Positions 1-9,771 are shown, numbered from the stretch's first letter. The stretch is DNA of 58,557 nt from Fibrobacterales bacterium (GCA_017650365.1 JAGCEZ010000056.1:1-58557); one strand, 5' to 3'. Numbers and translations are program-made. Notes: a model not told the origin generated them from the sequence alone.

Positions 1-20
1 GGCTATCTTTGGGCCATCAT

Positions 21-103
21 TCACGGCGACCGGCACACCGGGGGGAGACCCCCAGAGGGAGCACCCTCCGGAAGCGACGACTCCACGACCGCGTGCCTGG
101 GCC
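21..103 (+). ncRNA. Candidate ZMP/ZTP (pfl) riboswitch in the glyA leader
   Basis: Pattern GCGACCGGCAC ... GGAAGCG ... ACCGCGTGCCTGGGC matches the pfl layout. GGCAC (32-36) can pair with loop GTGCC (93-97) as the pseudoknot. Internal hairpins GGGGG-AGA-CCCCC and GAGGG-AGCA-CCCTC. It lies directly upstream of glyA, a typical target, with RBS AGGAG at 111-115. P1 pairing is weak. Confidence 0.68.
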
Positions 104-122
104 GGGGAGCAGGAGCCTGAAG

Positions 123-1640
123 ATGTCCGCCCTCTCCGAATACCTCGGCAGCACCCCCGCCGACAAGATCTCCTCCGAATTCGTCTCGATGATCGCCAGC
201 CTGGAGACCGTCTCCAAGGTCAACCCCGTGGTCGCCCGCGCGATTGTGAACGAGCTCGACAACCAGCGCAGCCACCTGAAGCTGATCGCCAGCGAAAACT
301 ACTGCAGCCTGGCCACCCAGCAGGCCATGGGCAACTGGCTGACCGACAAGTACGCCGAAGGGATCTCCGGCGGCCGCTTCTACCAGGGCTGCCAGAACGT
401 GGACGCGGTCGAATCCGAAGCCGCCGCCCAGGCCTGCAAGCTCTTCGGCGCCCCCTACGCCTACGTGCAGCCCCACTCCGGCGCCGACGCCAACATGGTC
501 GCCTACTGGGCGATCCTCCAGTCCCGCGTCTGCGTGCCCTCGCTCGAGGAGCTGGGCGTGAAGGTGCCCGACGCCCTCACCGACGAACAGTGGGAGGTCG
601 TCCGCCACAAGCTCGGCGACCAGCGCCTGCTCGGCCTCTCGCTCGCCGCGGGCGGCCACCTGACCCACGGCTACCGCCAGAACGTCTCCGGCAAGATGTT
701 CCACGCCTTCAACTACGGCGTGAGCGAAAAGGACCACCGCCTCGACTACGACGCCATCGAGAAGATGGCCGAGGAGATCAAGCCCCTGGTCATCGTCGGC
801 GGCTACAGCGCCTATCCGCGCAAGGTGGACTTCAAGCGCATGCGCGCGATCGCCGACAAGGTCGGCGCCGTGCTGATGGTCGACATGTCGCACTTCGCCG
901 GCCTCGTGGCGGGCAAGGTCTTCACCGGCGACTACAGCCCGTTCCCCCACGCGCACATCGTCACCACCACCACGCACAAGACCCTCCGCGGCCCGCGCGG
1001 CGGCGTGATCTTCGCCAACGACCCCGAGCTCGCCAAGTCGATCGACAAGGGCTGCCCGCTGGTCCTCGGCGGCCCGCTGCCCCACGTGATGGCCGCCAAG
1101 GCCGTCGCCTTCACCGAAGCCAATACGCCCGCCTTCGCCGAATACGCGCGCAAGGTCGTCGAGAACTCCGCGGCGCTGGCCGAAGCCTGCGTCAAGGAAG
1201 GCATGACGCTGATCACCGGCGGCACCGACAACCACCTCTTCCTGGTGGACGTCGTCTCCTCGTTCGACCTCTCCGGCCGCCAGGCCGCCGACGCCCTCGA
1301 GGAATGCGGCATCACGCTCAACAAGAACGGCATCCCCTTCGACAAGCTCAGCCCGATGGTCACGAGCGGCCTGCGCATCGGCACGCCCGCCGTCACCTCG
1401 CTCGGCATGGGCAAGGCCGAGATGGCCGAGATCGGCTCGATCATCGCGACCGTGCTCCGCGCCACCAAGCGCGGCACGATCCCCGAAGGCAAGAAGAACG
1501 CCGGACAGCCGAGCAACGTCGAATACTCGCTCGACCCCGAAGTCCGGAAGAGCGCCTCCGCCCGCGTGAAGGCGCTGCTCGGGAAGTTCGTCCTCTACCC
1601 GCAGATGGACCTGGACTTCCTCCGCAGGCACTTCTGCTAG
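123..1640 (+). CDS. glyA: Serine hydroxymethyltransferase (long form with internal insert)
   Basis: Motifs LIASEN, KYAEG, VQPHSG, GGHLTHG and the PLP-lysine motif TTTHKTLRGPRGG. Start placed at ATG 123 after AGGAG. Confidence 0.97.
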   Translation: MSALSEYLGSTPADKISSEFVSMIASLETVSKVNPVVARAIVNELDNQRSHLKLIASENYCSLATQQAMGNWLTDKYAEGISGGRFYQGCQNVDAVESEAAAQACKLFGAPYAYVQPHSGADANMVAYWAILQSRVCVPSLEELGVKVPDALTDEQWEVVRHKLGDQRLLGLSLAAGGHLTHGYRQNVSGKMFHAFNYGVSEKDHRLDYDAIEKMAEEIKPLVIVGGYSAYPRKVDFKRMRAIADKVGAVLMVDMSHFAGLVAGKVFTGDYSPFPHAHIVTTTTHKTLRGPRGGVIFANDPELAKSIDKGCPLVLGGPLPHVMAAKAVAFTEANTPAFAEYARKVVENSAALAEACVKEGMTLITGGTDNHLFLVDVVSSFDLSGRQAADALEECGITLNKNGIPFDKLSPMVTSGLRIGTPAVTSLGMGKAEMAEIGSIIATVLRATKRGTIPEGKKNAGQPSNVEYSLDPEVRKSASARVKALLGKFVLYPQMDLDFLRRHFC

Positions 1641-1657
1641 CGGAAGCCCAAAATCGG

Positions 1658-1693
1658 CGGAGAGGGAGCTCGTCCGGACTCCCTCTCCGTTTT
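1658..1693 (+). terminator. Hairpin after glyA (putative intrinsic terminator)
   Basis: CGGAGAGGGAG / CTCCCTCTCCG 11-bp stem followed by TTTT. Confidence 0.55.
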
Positions 1694-1722
1694 CCGGCGA
1701 CGCGCCTCGCCCGGAGGACGGA

Positions 1723-3411
1723 ATGAACCTGACCGCTCCCCTGATCGTCCAGAGCGACCTGGAAATCCTCGTCGAGGTGGACAACCCGAACTACGTCGAC
1801 GCGCGCGACGACATCGCGCCGTTCACCGAGCTGATCAAGAGCCCGGAGCACCTGCACACCTACCGGATCTCGCACCTCTCGCTCTGGAACGCCGCCTCCG
1901 TCGGCCTCGACTCCGACGAGGTGGTCGCCCGCCTGGAGAAGTGGTCCAAGTACCCGCTCCCCTCCGCGGTCGTGCACGAAGTGCGCACCTACATGGACCG
2001 CTACGGCGCGCTCAAGCTGGTGGCGCGCGACGGGAAGGTGTTCCTCGAGAGCGAGGACCCGCTCCTGGTGGAGCAGGCGTACCGCATCGCGAAGGCCAAG
2101 CCGCACTTCCTGGGGAAGCCCGGCGGGAACGCGCTGGAGGTGAAGCCCGAGGCGCGCGGCCTGGTGAAGATGGAGCTCGCGAAGGCCGACTACCCGGTCG
2201 AGGACCTCGTCGGCTACGTCGAGGGCGAGCCGCTCGAGATCGGGCTGCGCGGAAAGCAGCTGCTGCGCGGCGGCGACTTCTCGCTGCGCGACTACCAGCG
2301 CGAGGCGGCGGCCGTCTTCTGGGCGTCGGGCGCGGCGCGCGGCGGCTCGGGCGTGGTCGTGCTGCCCTGCGGCGCGGGCAAGACCATCGTCGGCATCGTG
2401 GCGATGAGCCTCGTGAAGAGCAAGACGCTGATCCTCGTGCCCAACGTGACGGCGGCGCGCCAGTGGATCGACGAGCTGGTGGACAAGACCACGCTGACCC
2501 GCGACGACGTCAAGGAGTACAGCGGCGAGCGCAAGGAGATCGGCCCCGTGACGGTGGCGACCTACCAGATCAACACGCGCCGCACGGGATTCGACAAGGA
2601 CGGGAACCCGCTCTACGAGCACTTCGAGATCTTCGGGAAGAACCGCTGGGGGCTGATCGTCTACGACGAAGTGCACATGCTGCCCGCGCCCGTCTTCAGC
2701 AAGAGCGCGCAGATGCAGGCCACGCGCCGCCTCGGCCTCACCGCGACCCTCGTCCGCGAGGACGGCCGCGAGACCGACGTCTTCTCCCTCATCGGCCCGA
2801 AGAAGTTCGACCTGCCGTGGAAGACGCTCGAGGCGCAGGGCTGGATCGCCTCCGCGGTCTGCCGCGAAGTGCGCGTCCCGCTCGACGAGCCGCTGAAGAT
2901 GGTCTACTCCACGGCCGAGGGCCGCGAGCAGGCCGCGATCGCCGCGACCAACCCCGCCAAGGAGGAGGTGGTCCGCGAGCTGCTCGACAAGCACTCCGCG
3001 CCCGACGACCGCGTCATCGTCATCGGGCGGCTGCTCGCGCAGCTGGAGAGGATCTCCGCGAACCTCGGCCTCCCGCTGATCACCGGCTCCACGCCCGAAG
3101 CCAAGCGCAAGGAGCTCTACGACCGCTTCCGCGACGGCGACCTGAAGCGGCTGGTCCTGAGCAACGTCGGGAACTTCGCGCTCGACCTGCCCGACGCGAA
3201 CGTGCTGATCCAGATCTCCGGGACCTTCGGCAGCCGCCAGGAGGAGGCCCAGCGCCTCGGCCGCGTGCTGCGCCCGAAGAAGGGGGGCGGGAACGCCTAT
3301 TTCTACACGCTGGTCAGCCGCGACACCTGCGAACAGAAGTTCGCGATGAACCGCCAGCGCTTCCTGGCCGAACAGGGGTACCAGTATGACGTCGTCGACA
3401 TGGACGAGTAG
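1723..3411 (+). CDS. XPB/Ssl2/Rad25-like superfamily 2 DNA helicase
   Basis: N-terminal PLIVQSD...ELIKSPEHLHTYRI domain, LRDYQ, Walker A LPCGAGKT, DEVH, GLTATLVREDG, GSRQEEAQRLGRVLRPK. Confidence 0.93.
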   Translation: MNLTAPLIVQSDLEILVEVDNPNYVDARDDIAPFTELIKSPEHLHTYRISHLSLWNAASVGLDSDEVVARLEKWSKYPLPSAVVHEVRTYMDRYGALKLVARDGKVFLESEDPLLVEQAYRIAKAKPHFLGKPGGNALEVKPEARGLVKMELAKADYPVEDLVGYVEGEPLEIGLRGKQLLRGGDFSLRDYQREAAAVFWASGAARGGSGVVVLPCGAGKTIVGIVAMSLVKSKTLILVPNVTAARQWIDELVDKTTLTRDDVKEYSGERKEIGPVTVATYQINTRRTGFDKDGNPLYEHFEIFGKNRWGLIVYDEVHMLPAPVFSKSAQMQATRRLGLTATLVREDGRETDVFSLIGPKKFDLPWKTLEAQGWIASAVCREVRVPLDEPLKMVYSTAEGREQAAIAATNPAKEEVVRELLDKHSAPDDRVIVIGRLLAQLERISANLGLPLITGSTPEAKRKELYDRFRDGDLKRLVLSNVGNFALDLPDANVLIQISGTFGSRQEEAQRLGRVLRPKKGGGNAYFYTLVSRDTCEQKFAMNRQRFLAEQGYQYDVVDMDE

Positions 3412-4849
3412 GGCCGCCGCGCTCCTGATGGTCCTCTGCGCCGCGCTCCGGGCGCAGGCGCCGGACTCGGTTTCGCATACGCAGAAGGAAGAGCCCGCGA
3501 AGAGCCTGCTCGCCGTGGAGCGCTACGAGCTGGAGAACGGCATGCGCGTCCTGCTCCTCCCGCTGAAGCGCGCGCCCATCGTCAGCTGCCGGCTCTTCTA
3601 CCAGACCGGCTCCGTGCACGAACACGCGGGCAACACCGGCATCGCGCACCTCCTCGAGCACGAGATGTTCAAGGGGACGGAGAAGATCGCCTCCAACGAA
3701 CTCTGGGAGCTGTACGAAAGCCACGGCGGCACGGGGCTCAACGCCTTCACCTCCTCGCTGATGACCGCCTACTTCGTCACGCTGCCCGCCGACAGGCTGG
3801 AGCTCTTCTTCTGGCTGGAGAGCGACCGGATGCGGAACGCCGTGCTGCGCGAATTCGACTCCGAGCTCGCCGTCGTGCGCGAGGAGCGGCGGATGCGCTA
3901 CGACGACAGCCCGACCGGGCGCTACTTCGAGACGCTGAACGCGACCTTCTGGGAGGGGCACCCCTACCGCAACCCCACGATCGGCTGGCCGAGCGACATC
4001 GCGCAGCTGAAGAAGGAACAGGCCGAGGAGCACTTCCGCCGGTTCTACAAGCCCTCGAACGCGATCCTCGTGCTCGTGGGCGACTTCGACCCCGCGCGGG
4101 CGAGGGAACTGGCCGCGCGCTACTTCGCTCCGATCCCCCCGGGCGAGAAGCTCCCGGACCTGTCGTTCCGCGAACCGGTCCAGGTCGGGCCGAAGCGCTT
4201 CGCGCAGTACAAGGACGACGCGACGCCCCGCGTCGACCTCCTCTTCCACACGCCCGGCCTCGGGCATCCCGACCTCTACGCGCTCGACGTGGCGGAGGGG
4301 GTGCTGAACGGCCGCACGGGCCGGCTCTACCGCGACCTCGTGGAGGGGAAGCGGATCGCCACCTCGGCGAGCGCCGGGAACGCCGTCCAGAAGTGGGAGA
4401 GCTCGTTCGAGCTCTCGGCCTCGATCCGCCCGGGCGCCGACGCGAAGGCGGTCGAAGAGGCGCTCTGGGACGAGATCCGCCGGCTGCAGTTCGAGGAGAT
4501 CGACCCGCGCGAGCTGGAGAAGGTGAAGACGCAGCTGATCGCGACGAACTGGCGCCGCCTGCGCGACATGGAGCACCTCGCCACGCAGCTCGCGTTCTTC
4601 GAGATGAACGGGGACTGGACGCTGGTCACGCGCTTCGCCGAAGAGGTGGCGAAGGTGACGCCCGCGGAGGTGCGCGAGGCCGCGCTCCGCTACCTGAAGG
4701 TCTCCAATTCGACCACGGGAACGATCCTCCCCGCCTCCGAGTCGCCCGACGCGGTCTGGACGGTCGCGCCCGGGGCGGAGAAGAAGGCCGGGGAGGAAGC
4801 CGCGCGCGAAACGGAGACCGCGGAAAAGAGGGAGGCCGCCCATGAATAG
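3386..4849 (+). CDS. M16 family zinc metallopeptidase, catalytic subunit, signal peptide
   Basis: Inverted zinc motif HLLEH in GIAHLLEHEMFKGT, NAFTS, VVREERRMR, HPYRNPTIGW. Hydrophobic N-terminus; the exact start is uncertain. Confidence 0.9.
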   Translation: MTSSTWTSRAAALLMVLCAALRAQAPDSVSHTQKEEPAKSLLAVERYELENGMRVLLLPLKRAPIVSCRLFYQTGSVHEHAGNTGIAHLLEHEMFKGTEKIASNELWELYESHGGTGLNAFTSSLMTAYFVTLPADRLELFFWLESDRMRNAVLREFDSELAVVREERRMRYDDSPTGRYFETLNATFWEGHPYRNPTIGWPSDIAQLKKEQAEEHFRRFYKPSNAILVLVGDFDPARARELAARYFAPIPPGEKLPDLSFREPVQVGPKRFAQYKDDATPRVDLLFHTPGLGHPDLYALDVAEGVLNGRTGRLYRDLVEGKRIATSASAGNAVQKWESSFELSASIRPGADAKAVEEALWDEIRRLQFEEIDPRELEKVKTQLIATNWRRLRDMEHLATQLAFFEMNGDWTLVTRFAEEVAKVTPAEVREAALRYLKVSNSTTGTILPASESPDAVWTVAPGAEKKAGEEAARETETAEKREAAHE

Positions 4850-6323
4850 GATTCCGACGGTTCTCGCGCGCGCCGCGCTCTGCTGCGCCTTCCTGCTGGC
4901 CGCCTCGTGCGCCCCGAAGCGGGCGGCGGCGCCGGCCGTCCCGGACCACCCCTCCAAGCTGTCGTGGCCGGCGTTCTCGTTCGAACCGCCCGCGGACGCG
5001 GAACACCGCGTGCAGCTCCCGCGCGGCGCGGTCGCCTGGTTCGTGGAATCGGACGAGCTCCCGCTGATCACGCTCAAGGCCTGGTTCCGCGAAGAGGGCC
5101 GCCCCTCCGACACGTCGGAGATCGGCGCCCACGCGCTCCTCGCCGGGCAGATGCGCCGCGGCGGCACGGCCGACCTGACCCCGGCCGCGGTGGACGACTC
5201 GCTCGAGAACAACGCGGTCTCGGCCGGCCTTTCCGTCGGCGCGAACCACGCCACGCTCTCGCTCGACGCGCTGGACTCGAAGTTCGCCGGCGCCCTCCCG
5301 CTGCTGCGCGACCTCGCCGTCTCGCCGCGCATCGACCCCGAGCGCCTGGAGCTCGCCCGCGCGAGCGCCCTGCAGGGAATCGCGCACCGCTACGACAAGC
5401 CCGCCGCGGTCTCGCGCGACCTCGCCTCCGCCGTGATGCGCGGCTTCGGGCACCCCGGGCTCTGGCGCGCCGAAAGCGCGGACGTCGCCTCCGCGACCCG
5501 CGAGGGGATCCTCGCGCTCTCCAAAAACAGGTTCTCGCCCGACGGCATGCTCCTCGCGGTCTCCGGCAGGTTCGACCGGGCCGAGATGAAGCGCCTGCTC
5601 TCCGAATGGATCGAGTCCTGGCCCGAGCCCGGCGGGCGCCGCGCCGAGCTGCCCGAGCTCCCGCTGCGCGAGAACCCCGGGATCCACCTGCTGGACTACG
5701 ATTCGGAACAGGCGCACGTCCGCATCGCGCAGCCCTTCGTCAAGCGCCCGCACCCGGACTACTACGCGACCTCGGTCGCCTCGTACATCCTGGGCGAGGG
5801 CGGGTTCACGTCGCGCCTCGTCTCCTCCGTCCGGTCGCGCGAAGGGCTGGCCTACTCGGTCTACAGCTACGCGGGCAGCAGCTACTTCGAGCGCGCGACC
5901 TCCGGCGCGGCGCTGCAGACCAAGGCGGCGAGCGCCGGCAAGGCGGTCGCCCTGGTCTTCGCCGAGATGAAGCGGCTCGCCGCCGAAGGGCCGTCCGAAG
6001 ACGAGCTCCGCCGCGCGGTCGAGGGGACGATCGCCTCGCTCCCGTCGCTCTTCGACTCGCCCGAGAACACGGCCGAGGCGCTTCTGGTCAACGAGCTCTA
6101 CGGCCGCTCGCCCGACCACTACGGGCTCTACGCGCAGGAGCTGCGCAAGGTGACCGCCGAGGACGTGAAGCGCGTCGCGGCGCTCTACTTCGCGCCCGAG
6201 AAGATGGCCGTCACGATCGTCGGGCCCGCGAAGGAGGTCCTGCCCTCCCTCCGGGCCGAGCTTCCCGGCCTCCCCGTGAAGAACTGGACGCTCGAAAACC
6301 TCCGCAGGCGGACCGAACCGTAG
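4842..6323 (+). CDS. M16 family peptidase, non-catalytic partner subunit (probable lipoprotein)
   Basis: No HxxEH; carries LGEGGFTSRL...VRSREGLAYSV (R/Y motif); lipobox-like LAASC; overlaps the upstream gene. Confidence 0.88.
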   Translation: MNRIPTVLARAALCCAFLLAASCAPKRAAAPAVPDHPSKLSWPAFSFEPPADAEHRVQLPRGAVAWFVESDELPLITLKAWFREEGRPSDTSEIGAHALLAGQMRRGGTADLTPAAVDDSLENNAVSAGLSVGANHATLSLDALDSKFAGALPLLRDLAVSPRIDPERLELARASALQGIAHRYDKPAAVSRDLASAVMRGFGHPGLWRAESADVASATREGILALSKNRFSPDGMLLAVSGRFDRAEMKRLLSEWIESWPEPGGRRAELPELPLRENPGIHLLDYDSEQAHVRIAQPFVKRPHPDYYATSVASYILGEGGFTSRLVSSVRSREGLAYSVYSYAGSSYFERATSGAALQTKAASAGKAVALVFAEMKRLAAEGPSEDELRRAVEGTIASLPSLFDSPENTAEALLVNELYGRSPDHYGLYAQELRKVTAEDVKRVAALYFAPEKMAVTIVGPAKEVLPSLRAELPGLPVKNWTLENLRRRTEP

Positions 6324-6336
6324 GGAACCCCGCGCC

Positions 6337-7398
6337 ATGGGAATCCGCTTCGCGCCTCTCCTCCTCGCCTTCGCGCTGCTCGCGGCCGCGCAGCCGGCGC
6401 GCGCGGCGATCGACACGAGCGCCTACTGCTCGGCGATCCGGATCTGCCTGAAGGCGACGGACCGGTTCTGCACGGAGGAGAACTCGAAGCCGAACCCCGA
6501 CATCCGGTACGACGAGGAGTTCTGCGCGCCGATGCGCGGCTTCGTCGGGCGCGGCGTGCGCCCGGGCACGACCGACGGGCGCGCGGTCTTCTCGCAGATG
6601 GGCAAGCGCTTCCGCTCGGTCTACGAGATCGAGGGCGAGCTCCCCGTCAACATGGAGATCCTCAACTACGTCCTCGACAACCTCCCGTTCGTCGCGATGC
6701 TGATCAACGCCTACCGCGGCGAGGAGTACGAGGCCGCCTACCTCCGCTCCGACAAGAAGATCTTCACGGGGACGAACGGCCGCAGCCTGAGCGGGACCTT
6801 CGTCCAGCCCTATCACCAGGTGACGCGCGACAGCGTGCGCAACTTCTACTGGGGCTACGGGCGGGCCAAGGTGCTGGCCTGGAGGCTGAAGGGCGACGGG
6901 CTGATGGAGATGGACTTCAGGAACCTCGGGCCGCGCCGCGTGGGCTACCGCGTGAAGGCCTACGCGTTCCCGGGCAACTCCTTCCTCAACGGCGTGATGA
7001 AGATGGGCGTCTTCCGGAGCATGGTGCTGAAGAAGATCCGCGCCGTGATCGAGGACGTGGAGAAGGCGGCCGGGCGCTTCGCCTCGGGCGACCTGGAGCC
7101 CCTGAAGAGATACGCCCCGCTGCAGACGCCGCGCGGGCGCGCCTACATGGCCGAGTTCCAGGACCTCGTCCACGCGTCGGGCTACCTCGACCCGCTGACC
7201 GCGCTCATCGAAAGCCACGCCGACTCCGTCGCGACCGACGAGGCGAAGCTCGAGGGCCGGACGCTTTCCCCCGCGGCTCCGACCGAAGACTATCCCGAGG
7301 CCGGCCCCGTGCCGCTGTCCGAGGCGGCCTCCTCCGCGGACGTTTCCTCTTCGAGCCCGTTCGCCGTTCCCGCGTTCGGGCTCCAACCCGCGCCCTAG
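6337..7398 (+). CDS. Hypothetical exported protein
   Basis: Signal peptide ending ARA, Cys-rich N-terminus, low-complexity acidic tail, normal codon usage. Confidence 0.75.
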   Translation: MGIRFAPLLLAFALLAAAQPARAAIDTSAYCSAIRICLKATDRFCTEENSKPNPDIRYDEEFCAPMRGFVGRGVRPGTTDGRAVFSQMGKRFRSVYEIEGELPVNMEILNYVLDNLPFVAMLINAYRGEEYEAAYLRSDKKIFTGTNGRSLSGTFVQPYHQVTRDSVRNFYWGYGRAKVLAWRLKGDGLMEMDFRNLGPRRVGYRVKAYAFPGNSFLNGVMKMGVFRSMVLKKIRAVIEDVEKAAGRFASGDLEPLKRYAPLQTPRGRAYMAEFQDLVHASGYLDPLTALIESHADSVATDEAKLEGRTLSPAAPTEDYPEAGPVPLSEAASSADVSSSSPFAVPAFGLQPAP

Positions 7399-7414
7399 GC
7401 GCGAAGGCGGGACG

Positions 7415-8071
7415 ATGCAGAACCTCTCCGTCGAAGAACTCTCGAAGCGCATGACCCCCGAACGGCTGGAGAAGCTGGAGCGCGCCCTCTCCCTGCGCAC
7501 GCGCCACTTCACGATGGTGCTCGAGGACCTCTACGACCCGCACAACATCAGCGCGGTCGTCCGCACCTGCGAGGTCTTCGGCGTGCAGGACGTGCACGTC
7601 ATCGAGGAGATCAACTCCTACCGCATCAACAAGTCGATCCTCAAGGGCTCGTTCAAGTGGCTCGACATCTTCCGGTACCGCAGCCGCGCGCTCTGCATGG
7701 AGAGGCTCCGCGCGAAGGGCTACCGCATCGCCGTCGCCTCGACCAACACGACGCGCTCGTTCCACGACCTCGACCTCTCCGTCCCGACCGCCTTCTACCT
7801 CGGCGCCGAGCTGGCGGGCAACAACCCCGAGACGCTCGCGAAGGCCGACGTGGAGTTCATCCTGCCGCAGTACGGGCTGACCGAGTCGATGAACGTCAGC
7901 GTGGCGGGCGGCGTGCTCCTGGCGCGGATCGACGAGTGGATGCGCGCCAACGGCGGGCGGGAGAAGTGGGCGCTCTCCGGAGAGGACCGCGAACGGGTCC
8001 GCCGCGACTGGTTCGAGCGCCAGGTCTTCGGGACGGAGGAAAACTCGCCCGTGAAGATCGTCACGGCGTAG
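7415..8071 (+). CDS. trmH: TrmH/SpoU family tRNA 2'-O-ribose methyltransferase
   Basis: SPOUT motifs VLEDLYDPHNISAVVRT, LGAELAG, ILPQYGLTESMNVSVA. Confidence 0.85.
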   Translation: MQNLSVEELSKRMTPERLEKLERALSLRTRHFTMVLEDLYDPHNISAVVRTCEVFGVQDVHVIEEINSYRINKSILKGSFKWLDIFRYRSRALCMERLRAKGYRIAVASTNTTRSFHDLDLSVPTAFYLGAELAGNNPETLAKADVEFILPQYGLTESMNVSVAGGVLLARIDEWMRANGGREKWALSGEDRERVRRDWFERQVFGTEENSPVKIVTA

Positions 8072-8105
8072 GGCGGCGGATTTTTTCGCAGCTATGTAAA
8101 AGCGC

Positions 8106-8912
8106 CTAGTCCTTCGCGGCGAGCGCGACCAGCCGGATCCCCTTGACGGTGAGGTGCGGCTCGTAGAGGTCGAACCAGTGGCTCTTTCCGCCCAGCGATT
8201 CCGACCAGCCGCCCGTCGCCACGACGGGGATTTCGCCGACGCCCAGCTCCTCGCGGATGGAGTTCATCAGCCAGTCGAGCTGCCCGAGGAACCCGTGGAG
8301 GATGCCCGCGCGCATGGCGTCGGCGGTGTTGGTGGAGACGACCTTCTCGGTCCAGGTGAGCGTGACGGGGGAGAGCATCGCGGCCGAGGTCGTGAGCGCG
8401 TGGAGGCTCGCCGTCATGCCGGGGAGGATGACGCCGCCGTGGAAGCCGCCGTCCTTGAGGATGTCGATGGTGGTGGCGGTGCCCAGGTCGAGCGCCGCCG
8501 CGCATTCGTAGCCCATGTCCAGGAGCGCCAGCACGTTGCAGATGCGGTCCGCGCCGAGCGTCTTCGCGGAGTCGTAGCGCAGGGGGATCCCCAGGCAGTT
8601 CTCGGAGGAGACGATCTGGGGCGCGAAGCCCAGGAGCTTGGAGAGGGCCTTGGCCCACACGCGGTCGAGCCCGGGGACCACGGAGCTGAGCGCGGCGTGG
8701 GTGATGGAGCGCGCGGGGATCTCGGAGCGCGAGAGGAGCTCGCCGATGCGCATCAGCGCCTCGTCGGAGGTCGCCTCGGCGTGGGTGGTCACGCGCCACG
8801 ACTCCGCCACCTCCTCGCCGCGGAAGACGCCGATGACGGTGTGGGTGTTGCCGACGTCCACGGCCAGGACGACGCTGTTTTTCCGGAGCTCCGCGGGGAT
8901 CGACTCGATCAT
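8106..8912 (-). CDS. coaX: Type III pantothenate kinase
   Basis: LAVDVGNT, SSVVP, LGADR, DLGTATT, GGVILPG, VVATGG. Start overlaps the nadC stop (ATGA). Confidence 0.93.
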   Translation of the reverse strand: MIESIPAELRKNSVVLAVDVGNTHTVIGVFRGEEVAESWRVTTHAEATSDEALMRIGELLSRSEIPARSITHAALSSVVPGLDRVWAKALSKLLGFAPQIVSSENCLGIPLRYDSAKTLGADRICNVLALLDMGYECAAALDLGTATTIDILKDGGFHGGVILPGMTASLHALTTSAAMLSPVTLTWTEKVVSTNTADAMRAGILHGFLGQLDWLMNSIREELGVGEIPVVATGGWSESLGGKSHWFDLYEPHLTVKGIRLVALAAKD

Positions 8913-9766
8913 TCGAACCTCATCGAGATGTCGAGCGCCTTCACGCTGTGGGTGAGCGCGCCGATGCTGATCAGGTCCACGCCGGTGGCGGCCACGGGGG
9001 CGATGCGCTCCAGGGTCATGTTGCCCGAGGCCTCCAGCTCCGCCTTGTGGCCGGCGGCGCGGACGATCTTCACGGCCTCGGCCATCGTCTCGAGCGGCAT
9101 GTTGTCGAGCATGATGCGCTCCACGGGGTAGCGCATCGCCTCGCGGAGCTGGTCGAGCGTCTCCACCTCCACCTCGACCGGAATCCCCTCGGGGCGGGTG
9201 GCGAGCACGCGCTCGATCGCCTTCGCGACCCCGCCGCAGGCGGCGACGTGGTTGTCCTTCAGCATGATCATGTCGAAGAGGCCCATGCGGTGGTTGGAGC
9301 CGCCGCCGCAGCGCACGGCGTACTTCTGCAGCTCGCGCCAGCCGGGGACGGTCTTGCGGGTGTCGAGGATTTTGCAGCGGGTGCCGGCGGTCTCGGCCAC
9401 GTAGCGCGCGGTGGCGGTCGCCGTGCCCGAAAGCTGCTGGACGAAGTTGAGCATCGTCCGCTCGGCCCCCAGCAGGGCGATGGTCGGCCCCTCGAAGGTC
9501 GCGATCAGGTCGCCCCTGGCCACCTTGTCGCCGTCGTGTTTGAGAAATTCGACCTTCACGACGGGCATGTGGAGCGCCTCGAAGACGAGGGGGACGACGG
9601 GGAGTCCGGCGAGGACCCCCTCCGCCTTGGCGATCCACCGGGCCTTCGACCGGGCGGAACCCTCGAAAACGAGCGTGGAGGAGAGGTCGCCCTTGTCCCC
9701 GAAGTCCTCGAGGATGGCGAGTTCGATCAGCGGCCGGGCCGCGTTCGCGGGAAATGCATGGTCCAT
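8909..9766 (-). CDS. nadC: Nicotinate-nucleotide diphosphorylase (quinolinate phosphoribosyltransferase)
   Basis: ERTMLN, DTRKTVPG, NHRMGL, MLKDNH, EVEVE, IMLDN, EASG, ISIGALTHS. Confidence 0.96.
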   Translation of the reverse strand: MDHAFPANAARPLIELAILEDFGDKGDLSSTLVFEGSARSKARWIAKAEGVLAGLPVVPLVFEALHMPVVKVEFLKHDGDKVARGDLIATFEGPTIALLGAERTMLNFVQQLSGTATATARYVAETAGTRCKILDTRKTVPGWRELQKYAVRCGGGSNHRMGLFDMIMLKDNHVAACGGVAKAIERVLATRPEGIPVEVEVETLDQLREAMRYPVERIMLDNMPLETMAEAVKIVRAAGHKAELEASGNMTLERIAPVAATGVDLISIGALTHSVKALDISMRFE

Positions 9767-9771
9767 CGCCT

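Noticed and set aside
9-122. N-terminal extension of GlyA from position 9
   Set aside because: The region is better explained as promoter plus structured leader, and an RBS precedes ATG 123.
1723-3411. Helicase as part of an anti-phage or restriction system
   Set aside because: It is a standard bacterial XPB, and no nuclease or DNA methylase is adjacent (the nearby methyltransferase is a SPOUT tRNA enzyme).
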